Source of the DNA: Octopus vulgaris
Taxonomy: Eukaryota
Length of the DNA stretch: 64,000 nucleotides
Direction: 5' to 3'
Assembly: GCA_951406725.2 (NCBI GenBank)
Contig: OX597818.1
Coordinates: 40,858,001 to 40,922,000 of the forward strand
Positions 42,759-55,240 of the stretch are shown here, one piece after another (the stretch's first letter is position 1; each line of letters starts with the position of its first letter). A program made the position numbers and the translations under genes. Under the pieces are notes generated by a model that was not told where the DNA came from, searched no databases, and saw only the letters and a program-made list of their open reading frames with translations.

Positions 42759-43319
42759 GTGAGTGTGTGTATGAATGTGTGGTTGTGTGTGTGTGTTTGT
42801 TTTGTGTATGTGTCTGTATATACAAATTTACATATATACACATGTGCGTGTATGTATGTATGTATGTATGTATGTATGTATGTATGTATGTATGTATGTA
42901 TGTATGTATTATGCATGCATGTAACTTCCATAATTTTCCGTTTTATAGAGCCTACTTCGCTGATACGCTGCACTTGAAAAAATATTCTAAATAATGCTGC
43001 CAAATATATATTCATATATTCTCGTTATCGTAAAACGATTTTAGTTTTTTGAGTATTGATTTCAGAGAATTAAATCACTATTTTTGTATGTAAATTGTTC
43101 GTAACTATGATATTCAGATTTCGGGTGCTATTATACATCAACATCATTCGTGCTACATTGTATTTAAACAGTTTTACACTGGTTACGAATCTCTTTACAA
43201 TGCTACTCACGAAGATATGAAGTCTTCGTCGACTTCTGCAATAACAATTGCTAGAAACACGCTGTTGGAGATTTATATATTTATATGTAACCTTAACTTT
43301 ACTTTCATGTATCTTCTCA

Positions 43320-43350
<31 letters not shown>

Positions 43351-43353
<3 letters not shown>

Positions 43354-43540
43354 AGAATTCACGAAAAAAACAAAAGACGAAGACAGGTGGTGTAGACAAC
43401 AAACAGATGTATTGGTTTAACGCTCAGGAATCGAAAAAATCTTTTACGTTTCGAGCCTACGCTCTTCTACAGAAAGAAACAAGGAGAGAGAAAAATGTGT
43501 GTTGTGGCTACCGATCTACCGATCGTATCATGGCGAATAT
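43351..43540 (-). mobile_element. Solo 3'-terminal fragment of a PLE related to 51296-54258
   Basis: Reverse complement aligns to 54049-54257 (tcgccatg...gaagagcgtaggctcgaaacgt.aaaga...ttcctgagcg...ccacctg.cttcgtcttttgttt) and also ends in (AT)n. Confidence 0.85.
43440..43477 (-). ncRNA. Minimal hammerhead ribozyme, CUGUAGA variant
   Basis: UCUUU-CUGUAGA-A-GAGC-GUAG-GCUC-GAAA-CG-UA-AAAGA. Confidence 0.7.
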
Positions 43541-45669
43541 CTATCACACGCACATACATACACATAAACATGTACATATAGATCCTCACAGAAACCCCTC
43601 CACCCCCACACACATATATACATCTGGCTATATCTGCGACCGTGGGGAGCTTGTCTCCCTTGTCAGTCATTAAAATAGTGCTTCTGTGGCTATTCGGTTA
43701 TTTTGACTCTTATTTCTAGCAATGCTAGTACTACTTTGTACCCTTTGTCACTTTAGTGACGTATATATTTCCGCCTTTAGGTTGCAAAATTGCGAATTAA
43801 CCACCGTTGTTTATATACATATGTATGTATATATATATGTAGAGAGAGAGGGGGGGAGGGGGGAAACACATCACACATATTCTCAGAACTCGAAACAGAT
43901 TTCATATCTACTCTTCAGAACTCGCGATCTTGCATTATCATACCAAGACCCCAGACAACATATCCCAAATTTCTGGCAACGACATCTGGATTAAAGTACA
44001 TGTGATTTTTCTTACCATCGAGCTTTGGCCTACCAAGGACAAATTATGAAACCACTCCATTTTTACTCTAAAGAACCACATAAGAATTTGAATTCTATAT
44101 TGTTTCGTTGTTTTCGAGATGTCTCTTAAATTTGAAGCAGTTTTGAACATGGCCATATTAAGCTGTGGGCAGTTTCCCATGAGCCTCTTGGGTCTAGGGG
44201 CCCGATTTTGATCTATGTATGTCAATGTATGCTGTGGTTTGCTATGTCAATAAGTAAATACTATAAGGCCCAGTGCACTGTTTTGCCAGGGACCCTACAA
44301 TGCTGTTGAGACGGCTCTTGCTTTGAAAGTGTATTCCTTGAACGATTTTCTACCCTGCGTACAAACGAAGGTTAGCAACCATCTAATCGTTTTTGAAACC
44401 TTATACAAAGTGTTTGTATGACTGAGCCTTAGAAGGATATTGGCTGAATAAGTATATGAAAGATATAGATTCTTAAAGGGTGAGCTTGTATCAGGTATCC
44501 CAATTACTGGTGAATTTGTTGCAATTAGCCATACTATTGCTTCCGTTTGAGAAAACCCCTAAACTTACCACAAGAGAAATGAATTGTTTTAAATCAACTA
44601 CACTATTTAGGATTTTATCGTTGAAGATTTTATTTGTAGTGATGTTTTCTTTCGGTGGCACACATAAATGTATTTTATATTCGATTATTTAGTTAGATCC
44701 AATCGCAGGTTTTGCTGTCTCGCATGAAATTAATAGATCTTATGTGTCATGTTAGAATTTAGAAAGTAATGTCAGACATGGAAAATTTTTTCTTGGTTTC
44801 ATATATGGGTGATCGTGTGACCATTTAATCAGAGTCACTAAAAGATATTTGATGTCTATTTTATCCACAGGATATAATCTGTTTATGATAAAAAAAAAAA
44901 GGAAGGGCTTTAAAGTTATTATCATCCCGAAGAATTCCCTCAGTTATATAAAGGGCTGCCTTTCATCACGAGGGTTAAGAATAGGGGATTTTGTATCTGT
45001 GAAAACTAGTTTAATGGCAACCATTGTAGTATACCATACAGCTATAGCAAATCATTTTTGCCGTGTGAACAAAATCGACTGTATTTTCTTAATATCCACA
45101 GATTTATAACACATTACAGTAAATTAATTTTTTAACAAGTCACCAAATTACTACCTACTTCAAGGTTGACATAGAATGGGGACAAGAAATTCATTTGATT
45201 TTTCTTTAGAATGAGTTCAACAGACAGGAAGATTACATTTAACATTAGCTTGAGGTATAACTAAGCAGCAATGAGAAGATCAGCTTACTTTCGCATTGAA
45301 GTTGTCTGTAACGTTCTGCAAATAGATGGAAGAGTATAAATGTGCAAAGATGCAGTTACAGATGTCAAGAAGTAGCTCTGAAAATGAACTTTTTCATGCG
45401 ATTGCTAGGATACGTTCAGGACAGACTGTTTCGCTGGTTTTAAGAGAAATGCACTGATTTCTCTTAGTTTGTACAAGAAACAGGTGTTGTAACATTGAAG
45501 GGTATCAGAAATGACAACTGATGATAGTTCTTTATATTCAGGGTCAAATGAGAATTACACACACACACACACACACACACACTTATATGTGTCGCAAACT
45601 AAGATATATTTATGGATATATGTATATTCATACATATATATGCATATGTGCATGTATACATACATATAA

Positions 45670-45714
<45 letters not shown>

Positions 45715-45859
45715 CACACATATATTATACACACAAACACATATGAGTAGTATTAGATGTCGGCTCAGACAATTGTGCAGCTATCAGAGAAAGTTCTGCT
45801 GAAACAGCCGTAAGCCTATGGAAGTCATGTACACCTCTCATTCCTCCAGGCCTTATGGT

Positions 45860-45937
<78 letters not shown>

Positions 45938-46473
45938 TGTATGTATGTATGTATGTATAACTCTGAGTTATAGAAAATCGCCTATATCCTTATACCGTGA
46001 ACGTACTCAATACCAGCTTGGTAGTTTCCATTGAGTTTTGCTCTCTCGGTTTTCGTTTACATCTCTTGTCTCCCTATTGTGCTCCCTGTTTCCATCATTA
46101 TTTGTGTCATTCATTTTCCTTCTCATTTTCTCTGCTATCAGTCAGTCTTCACGAAATGTTTGCATATTCTTAGGACAGGAGGTGAAATGTTCGAGACACT
46201 ACATAAACCGTACTCTCTCATTGGATTCTTCCGTTTAAGCTCCCATGCTCAAAGGCATTTCTCTTTTCTCAATTGTAAATGGTAAATTAGTTTATTTAAG
46301 ATTATTGAAACGTTGAATGTTATTCTCAAATTAATTCTTTGAGTAAACACGCCAAGATTTCACGAAATCTTAATTGTTTTGAAATCATTAATGAAACTTT
46401 CGACGCTATAGCACACACAGACACACACATAAGCATACACACAGGCATATATACGTATGTATACATGTGTGTA

Positions 46474-46506
<33 letters not shown>

Positions 46507-47442
46507 TATGTATGTATATATGTATACATATATATATGTATATATATATACATATATGTATATAAAGATATACATACGTATATATGTATATAGATGTGTA
46601 TATACACATACAAACACATATACATAGAAATCCCTCCCCCCTCTCTCTCTCTCTATGTGTGCGTGTGGAGGCGCAATGGCTCAGTGGTTAGGACCCAGTC
46701 ATAGGATCGCGGTTTCGATTCCCAGACCGGGCGTTGTGAGTGTTTATTGAGCAAAAACACTGATATATTGGGATTTCAGTGTCTTTCATAATTAGTTAAG
46801 TGTATGTGTATATACATACATATTCATTAATTTGATGTAACATTTCCAATCCGAACCTGAGTGTTGGAGAGAGTGTTTCTGACATTGTTAAATTGGTGAA
46901 TAGATAGCTAGATAGTTAGATATTTCGATTAAAAGACATAGATAAATTTTAAAAAGCACATACACGCATATGCTCACATACATACATACCTACTCACAAA
47001 CACATCGATGTACAGCAGACTTATACAACATACCAGCAACAATCATGTCTGTAACCGTTGACAACTGTGTCAGAAAAATACACCATTTGTCAATGACAAC
47101 TAATACAGACACTGCGGCTACAACCACACCATCAGTGAATATATATATATATATATATATACAAAATAAGAAAATGGAGAAACACATCTTAATCAATGAT
47201 CAACTACCAGATAATACCCAATCACATAATTTAGTAAACCACTACATATGAACATTAAGGTCAAACATAATAATATAGAACAAAACAATGTACATGAAAG
47301 AGTAATATGATACAATAAGTGCAGTATGTATAAGTGAATATAAATAAATACAAATATATTAACTTTGTTGGGTGCTTCACTAGCAGTATATTGGATATAT
47401 GTTATCCCATGGAGGGTTGCACTTACAACCCCTATCTCAATT

Positions 47443-47481
<39 letters not shown>

Positions 47482-47810
47482 ACTCAAGTCTCAAGTACCT
47501 CAATTTCATCGACTAATTACTTCAGTCTACTGGAGGGATAAAGGTAGAATGAGGTATTTTTGCCTCTTGACTGAAACAGCTGTAAGATATTTTCCCAATT
47601 TCTATTCCTGTATGTTATATATTTTAATAATTACTGGTATCTTTATATATTATATATGTAAAGCATAATATGTTATACATTTATGTATACTGTTGTAATC
47701 GTCATTTAAGTAAATAAATAAATAAATAAATTGACATAATATAATGTCTAAAAGTTAACGAATACCACCTATTAATCTCCTCCATTTTCTTGTTGCTCTC
47801 TCTCTCTCTC

Positions 47811-47863
<53 letters not shown>

Positions 47864-47888
47864 GTATATATATATGTATATATATATA

Positions 47889-47940
<52 letters not shown>

Positions 47941-48146
47941 CATATATATATACATATGTATATATATATATTATGATATGTAGAAAAATACAAACTGGGA
48001 CAAGAACGCATAACACTTAGAAGACGATACAACAAACACAGACAGGACATTCGAAGCCCTCAGTCTTCAGTCAAGAACCGGATCATCTTAGTAATTTCGG
48101 CTGATATAATATCAATCTGCAGATATGTATACATATATATATGTAC

Positions 48147-48250
<104 letters not shown>

Positions 48251-48686
48251 GCAGACGTTAAGAATTGACTCAAAGGCGCGATAAGTGTCCTAAAGGCACG
48301 AAACTCTTGCTACTCGAGTCAATTTGAGCCTCCACTAGGTTAAAAATTAAATATGCACAAATACACATACATGCATGCATACATACATACATACATACAT
48401 ACATACATACGTACATACATACATACATACATACATACATACATACATACATACATACATACATACATACATACATACATACATACATACATGTATGGAT
48501 GGGATTGACTCGTGAAGCAATGCCTTGAAAATAGATACATTTCTGTCATTTGGTTCCGCCATCCTTACGACCGTTCGCAACGAGACTCAATTTGCCTTTC
48601 TTCCTACAAAGCAATTTAACAAAACAAAATAAAAACACAAAAAAATGAATACTAAGTAAAACAAAAAAAAAAACCATATACAAACA

Positions 48687-49068
48687 AGTAGCTTGCTAAC
48701 CAACCACATGGTTCCGGGTTCAGTCCCACTGCGTGGCACCTTGGGCAAGTGTCTTCTGCTATAGCCCCGGGCCGACCAATGCCTTGTGAGTGGATTTGGT
48801 TGACGGAAACTGAAAGAAGCCTGTCGTATATATGTATATATATATGTGTGTGTGTATATGTTTGTGTGTCTGTGTTTGTCCCCCTAGCATTGCTTGACAA
48901 CCGATTCTTGTGTGTTTACGTCCCCGTCACTTAGCGGTTCGGCAAAAGAGATCGATAGAATAAGTACTGGGCTTACAAAAAAGAATAAGTCCCGGGGTCG
49001 ATTTGCTCGACTAAAGGCGGTGCTCCAGCATGGCCGCAGTCAAATGACTGAAACAAGTAAAAGAGTAA
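48687..49068 (+). mobile_element. SINE family A, 5'-clipped, high identity to 28427-28892
   Basis: aagtagcttgctaaccaaccacatggttccggg ... gactgaaacaagtaaaagagtaaaa. Confidence 0.92.
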
Positions 49069-50599
49069 AACAAACAAACAGATGAATAAGAGAAAAACAA
49101 ATACACAAAACAAAATGATGCAAACACTGCAGCTGTTAAAAGACACCATTGCGAATGGTGTAGCAGTTCACGGTCGTTGGGAAGCACTGCAGCTGTTAAC
49201 AGTAGCTGCTGCGAAGAAAGAGCGCAGCCGTTGACAGCAGCTGTGGTGGAAACGACTGCAGATGTTATGCAGCTTCTACCTGGTCACTAGATCTGCTGAA
49301 AATAGTTGCTAATATTTTTTCCTCAAATTACATCCGATATTCGTTAAAAGTAACTGATTCACTGAGAAAGTAAATCATAAACTTGCTAAGGATGGCATGG
49401 TCATGGTTGGCATGCCTTTGATCACAAGTCTGCTCAATAAGAGTTGGTCTTAGATTAAACAATATTGGTTACAAATTTTTGACAGAAGAGCAGGAATTTT
49501 CGCGTGCAGTGGGATAAGTCTATGGATGGACCTCAGTGCTAAACGACTAATTAATTAATCGAACCCGAAAAGATGAACGCAAAGTCAACCACGGTAGGAC
49601 TTGAACTCAGAATATGAAGAGCCCCCATCCCGCCAAGAAAAAAAAATGAAAATAGTATCAAATTTATAAAATAATAAAATTGAGACTGATGCTTTATTTA
49701 TCGGCCACAGAAGGAAAGGTAAATTTGAGGATTTGAACTCAGAACACGAAAATTCAGAGCATTTTACGTGAAACAGCTTGTCTTACACTCTAACAGTATC
49801 GTCAATCACAGCCTCTAAACGGGTATTCTATTTATCGATCCCTAAGAGGCTGTGGTGTAACTAGAGCATGTATCACCCCGGCAGCCCTTGAGTTTGCCAC
49901 CCACACCCTTTTGTGCCCTCGCTCTTGTATAGACTTATTAACCCTGACCATAGTACAGGATTACACAAAAGTACTGTCCCCATAAAAGTGTTGGAAGGCA
50001 AACCCGTTGTGAATATAAATCGACAGAGCATCAGTCTTTTCATAGAAAAATCCAATAAAGGTATCTGATGGTCGCAGGTTCAAGTCTTTGTATGGGCGTA
50101 GATACTATTTCATGGGAGCAGGCATAGTTGTGCGGTAAGGAGTATGCTTCTGAAGCACATGGTCCTGAGTTCAATCCCACTGGTTGACTCCCTGAGCAAG
50201 TGTCTTTAACTGTATATCTGAGTCAAACACAGCCATTTGAATGGATTTGGTAGACGGAAAATGAAAGGCCTTCGCATATATATATATATATATATATATA
50301 CATATGTGTGTGTTTACGTGTGTACGCGCGCGTGCGTATGTGTGTGTTTATTCCCTACATCCGTGGTGTTGGTTTGTTTATAACCTTCTAAGTGAAACCC
50401 TTCCAGGCAGTGCTGGAGCATGGCTGCAATCCAATGACTGAATCAAGTAAATGATAAAGGGTAAATTTTGTTTGTGTCCTACCCTATTTACTAAAACGAT
50501 GATCGTAATTTGAGGAAGATTTGGCTGTTATATCTTTCAGACCTAGGGACTGTGCAGAACGCCTCCCGTCTATTGGTGATTGATATAGTCGAAGTGTCT

Positions 50600-50660
<61 letters not shown>

Positions 50661-50676
50661 GATAAATAAATAGATC

Positions 50677-50736
<60 letters not shown>

Positions 50737-50764
50737 TAGATATAGATATAGATATATAGATATA

Positions 50765-50809
<45 letters not shown>

Positions 50810-51295
50810 CATTACTATCTATTATATATTCTATTAGATAAATTTAATTAATAGTAATTATTTATTAGAGAGCTTTCTTCTATCTCTTCCCTTTTCATTG
50901 TGATATTACCTTTTTCTTCTCATTCTCTTTTTTTTAGTCCTTACAATCACACACATATATATATATATGTGCGCGTGTGTGTGTGTGTATATAAGTGGTG
51001 TACCTAATAAGAGAGAAAGCGGGGAGCGACAGAACCCCACGAACATATTTTTCAAAATTGCCGCCTTTTCAACAATATTTTTTTTAACACATTACTTACC
51101 CATATCAGTAGTTGTAATTTTCATACATAATGACATTGCTGCAGAAACATAAATTTAATAAATGGAGAATATCATTGCGTATATTATAACTATTGAAAAT
51201 ATTTCTCGTAATATAAGAGAAATGAGTAAATAATCGTTTGGTATGTGTCACGGCACCAATTTTTATGTGCTTGCACCCTCTGATGCCTCTGGTGT

Positions 51296-53635
51296 TTGCC
51301 TGCCCCTGGCCAGATCCTAGCAGTGGATCTTTTCGCGGGCGCTTGTCAGCGTGCATTGGAGCGGTTCAACTTCTCCAGGCGCCAACGCCGCCTCAACATC
51401 TCCCCGGCTGAGCTCTTGGCTCTTCGTTCCCTCCAACGGCGCGCTGACATTATCATCAAACCGGCTGACAAGGGTGGAGCTGTAGTGGTGTGGCGCGCGG
51501 ACCTCTATAGGGCCGAGGCTTTCCGCCAACTCAATGACACCTCCTTCTATTCCCCTCTGCCCTCTAACCCCACACGTAGCTACCAACAGACGGTATCCTC
51601 TACTGTCCAAGACCTCATCTCGTCCTCCCGTCTCCCCCGCACCGCATCCAACCTAATTGTGCGAACCCCACGTACCCCCACCATTTACTTCCTCCCCAAA
51701 ATCCACAAACCCAACAACCCTGGCCGCCCCATCGTCTCCGCCTGTAACTGCCCCACGGAGCTCATCTCTAAATACCTCGACCGTGTCCTTGCCCCCCTAG
51801 TGGCATCTCTTCCCTCCCACATCCACGATACCAACCATGCTCTCCGGCTTTTCAACTCTTTCTCCTTTCCTCCCGGCTCCTCCAAAATCCTTTTTACTAT
51901 GGACATCCAAAGCCTCTATACTGTTATCCCTCACCACGAAGGACTGCAGGCCCTTCGACACTTTCTTGACCTCCGCTCTAACCCTGTACCTGACACCTCC
52001 ACACTCATTCGTCTGGCCGAACTTGTCCTTACTCTGAACTGCTTCTCGTTCGCGGGCGAGTTCTACCATCAGGTCTCGGGAGTGGCCATGGGAACGCGAA
52101 TGGGCCCCAACTATGCGAACCTGTTCGTTGGCTATGTTGAGGCCCAAATATTCTCTAATTTCACTGGTCCCACTCCTGAACTATATGGTCGTTATATTGA
52201 CGACATTATCGGTGCCACCTCACTCTCCCGCGAACATCTAGATTCCTTCCTCTCTTTCGTCCAATCTTTCCATCCAGCCCTCCACTTCACTTCCACTATC
52301 TCCAACACCTCTGTCTCCTTCCTCGACATTTCGGTTAGCATTCTTCACTCCACTCTTACCACCTCCATTCACTACAAACACACAGACTCACACTCATACC
52401 TCAACTTCTCTTCCTCCCACCCAGAACACACCAAGCTTTCCATCCCCTATTCCCAATTCCTCCGTCTACGTAGGCTCTGTAGTGACGACCATGACTTTGA
52501 GACTCAGTCTCAACGTATGGCTCACCACTTCACCCTACGTGGATACCCCCTCACCACTATCCACACCGCCCTTGCCAGAGCACGGTCCGTGGACCGTGTA
52601 TCTGCTCTCTCTCCCCGAACCCGCCCTGTAGTCTCCCGCCTCCCTTTTCCCCTCACTTACCACCCCACGACCCTACGTCTCCAACGCACCATTCTTCGAG
52701 CTTTCCGTCATCTCCAGTCCGACCCGTCCACTTCACACCTCTTCCCTAACCGACCCCTCCCCTCTTTCAAACGAGCCCACAACCTTCGGGACCTTTTGGT
52801 CCATAGCTCCTTCCCTGACCCTACCTCCCAACCCGGCTCGTTCCCCTGCTCCCGCCCACGTTGCCGCACTTGCCCTTACATCTCCAACACCACCCGCCTC
52901 ACTAGCACCCACCATCGACCCTATCCCATCATCCACTCCTTCACCTGCACCTCCAGCAATATTATCTATTGCATCTCTTGCTCTCTCTGCAATTCCTTGT
53001 ACATCGGACAAACGGGACGCCGCTTGGCTGACCGGTTCGCGGAACACCTTCGTGACATCCACCTTGCGAACGACACACCGGTCTCACGCCATTTCCGCTC
53101 AACCGGTCACTCCTTGCAACACCTATCTGTGTTCGGTTTGTCCTTACACAGAGGCCATCCGGATTCCCGTTTGCGCCGTGAACAGGAATTAATCTTCTCT
53201 CTTCGCTCTTATACGCCATTTGGTCTCAACTCTCCCCCTCCTCATCTAACCTCACCCCCTCCTCACCTATCCTTTCTCCCCCGACCCCTACTTCTTCAGT
53301 CCTTCATCCTTTCACCCCTACTCCCCTTCCCTTCTTCCCTCTTTCTCCCTCCCTCTTCCCCTTCCCTCTGCTCCCTCACTCCCTCTCTCCCCTTCTCTCT
53401 CCCCCTCTCCCTCTTTCCTCCTTCATCCCCCTCATCCCCTTCCTTTCTCCCCCATCCTATCCTCTCCCCTTCTCCTCCCCCTCTTCTTCCCCTCCCCTTC
53501 TCCCCCCCTCTTCTCCCCCTCCCCCTCTTCTCTCCCTCCCCCTCTTCTCCCCTCCCCCTCTTCTCCTCACTACACCACATGACTTTACACATCACATCAC
53601 ATATGATGTGCCATACTAATACACACACCAACTAA
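51296..53635 (+). CDS. Penelope-like element polyprotein: reverse transcriptase + GIY-YIG endonuclease (5'-truncated; the natural stop is probably near 53249)
   Basis: IIIKPADKGG, FLPKIHK..PGRPIVS, TMDIQSLYTVIP, GVAMGTRMGPNYANLF, RYIDD (52193-52204), FLD, Cys linker PCSRPRCRTCP, NIIYCISCSLC..LYIGQTGRRL..RF.EH, RLRREQELI..L....P.GLN. No stops. The TTG start is a truncation point, not a true start. Confidence 0.95.
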   Translation: MPAPGQILAVDLFAGACQRALERFNFSRRQRRLNISPAELLALRSLQRRADIIIKPADKGGAVVVWRADLYRAEAFRQLNDTSFYSPLPSNPTRSYQQTVSSTVQDLISSSRLPRTASNLIVRTPRTPTIYFLPKIHKPNNPGRPIVSACNCPTELISKYLDRVLAPLVASLPSHIHDTNHALRLFNSFSFPPGSSKILFTMDIQSLYTVIPHHEGLQALRHFLDLRSNPVPDTSTLIRLAELVLTLNCFSFAGEFYHQVSGVAMGTRMGPNYANLFVGYVEAQIFSNFTGPTPELYGRYIDDIIGATSLSREHLDSFLSFVQSFHPALHFTSTISNTSVSFLDISVSILHSTLTTSIHYKHTDSHSYLNFSSSHPEHTKLSIPYSQFLRLRRLCSDDHDFETQSQRMAHHFTLRGYPLTTIHTALARARSVDRVSALSPRTRPVVSRLPFPLTYHPTTLRLQRTILRAFRHLQSDPSTSHLFPNRPLPSFKRAHNLRDLLVHSSFPDPTSQPGSFPCSRPRCRTCPYISNTTRLTSTHHRPYPIIHSFTCTSSNIIYCISCSLCNSLYIGQTGRRLADRFAEHLRDIHLANDTPVSRHFRSTGHSLQHLSVFGLSLHRGHPDSRLRREQELIFSLRSYTPFGLNSPPPHLTSPPPHLSFLPRPLLLQSFILSPLLPFPSSLFLPPSSPSLCSLTPSLPFSLPLSLFPPSSPSSPSFLPHPILSPSPPPLLPLPFSPPLLPLPLFSPSPSSPLPLFSSLHHMTLHITSHMMCHTNTHTN

Positions 53636-53851
53636 TACCTACTAATACGTACTAATACATACTAGTACATACTAATACTTACACCAACCCTATACATACA
53701 CACGTCCAGACCCCGCATACGCACTTATACTCTCTCACACACACACACACACACCTATACATACCAATACGTACTAATACATACTAATACATACTAATAC
53801 ATACACCAACCCCATACATACGCACGTCCAGACCAATCTTACGCACTAATA

Positions 53852-53890
<39 letters not shown>

Positions 53891-53952
53891 ATACATACTA
53901 ATACATACACCAACCCTATACATACACACATCCAGACCCCTCCCACGCACTT
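53630..53952 (+). repeat. Three tandem units of roughly 120 bp in the PLE 3' region
   Basis: Unit: (actaatacat)n-acaccaaccc.atacatac.cac.tccagacc...acgcact..tactctctc-(ac)n; the third copy is partial. Confidence 0.85.
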
Positions 53953-54122
53953 TTAGCTGGTCCCTCAACCCTTTTATCAACCCTATTATCTCCCCTTATT
54001 TCGCTCTCGCGTCTCATGTTTGATCTTTGACCTCTGGCCGAAATCAGATCGCCATGTTGATTCGTTAGCTACTGCACGCATTTTTTTCTCTCCTTCTTTC
54101 TGTGTTTTTCTCTCTCTGTGTA

Positions 54123-54160
54123 TCTTTCTGTTGAAGAGCGTAGGCTCGAAACGTTAAAGA
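54123..54160 (+). ncRNA. Minimal type I hammerhead ribozyme, CUGUUGA variant
   Basis: Stem I UCUUU/AAAGA, core CUGUUGA, bulged A, stem II GAGC-GUAG-GCUC, GAAA, palindromic AACGUU in place of stem III, NUH = GUU. Confidence 0.72.
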
Positions 54161-54258
54161 CTTGTTTTATTTATATTTCCTGAGCGCCATACTAATACAA
54201 TTGTTCGTTTGTTTTCCACCTGCCTTCGTCTTTTGTTTATTTTCATAAAGCTTCCCGT

Positions 54259-54307
<49 letters not shown>

Positions 54308-54385
54308 CTTTTTATATGTATATATATATACACATACACACACATATATATATATACATACTTAGGATAAAATCATTATTTAAGG

Positions 54386-54421
<36 letters not shown>

Positions 54422-54684
54422 CGTTAATCCAAACATGAAAACACAAAGAGAAAATACATCAACGCGAGGACGTGGAAATATCTATATTTGAACTCATAAT
54501 CTTCTCTAGTGAATTAGACTTTGAATTAATTGTTTGAATTCGTTTGTTTGATTGTCTTTATTTCAATGGGGAATTGGTTAGTTCCTTTTCTACGACGACA
54601 TCAGCTAAGTAGGGAGAGAAAATGAAACAAATATCTAATTATGTAAAGAAAGAAAGCCAAACAGAATTTTTTAAAAAAGAAATC

Positions 54685-54752
<68 letters not shown>

Positions 54753-54933
54753 GTAGACAAATAGAGAGGGAGAGAGAGAAAGAGAAGTACGTGAAAAAGG
54801 AAAAGGAGTGAAGAAGGGGGGCAAGAATGAAACTAGTGAAAGGATCTAATGGCGGGTAAATGAAATGAGAAGAAACAACGAGAAAGCAAATGTCAACCAA
54901 ATATATAAGAATGTAAGTAAATAAATGATATAT

Positions 54934-55240
<307 letters not shown>

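Larger units (their letters stand above)
51296..54258 (+). mobile_element. Penelope-like retroelement (EN+, Neptune-like Cys linker), 5'-truncated, 3' end abutting (AT)n
   Basis: ORF, CT-rich tract, tandem repeats, hammerhead, then a 3' end matching the 43351-43540 copy up to the (AT)n junction. Confidence 0.92.

Noticed and set aside
44180-45500. Possible decayed hAT element
   Set aside because: Only vague end-like and coding-like patches; no TSD or readable motifs.
48045-48110. Minus-strand CTGAAGA...GAA as a hammerhead
   Set aside because: No convincing stem II, GAAA or stem I; probably a retroelement tail but not supportable as a ribozyme.
51317-53631. Antisense ORFs over the PLE
   Set aside because: By-product of the C-rich sense strand, which gives few antisense stops.
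53630-53952. CRISPR-like repeat-spacer array
   Set aside because: The units are wholly repeated with no unique spacers; eukaryotic retroelement context and no cas genes.
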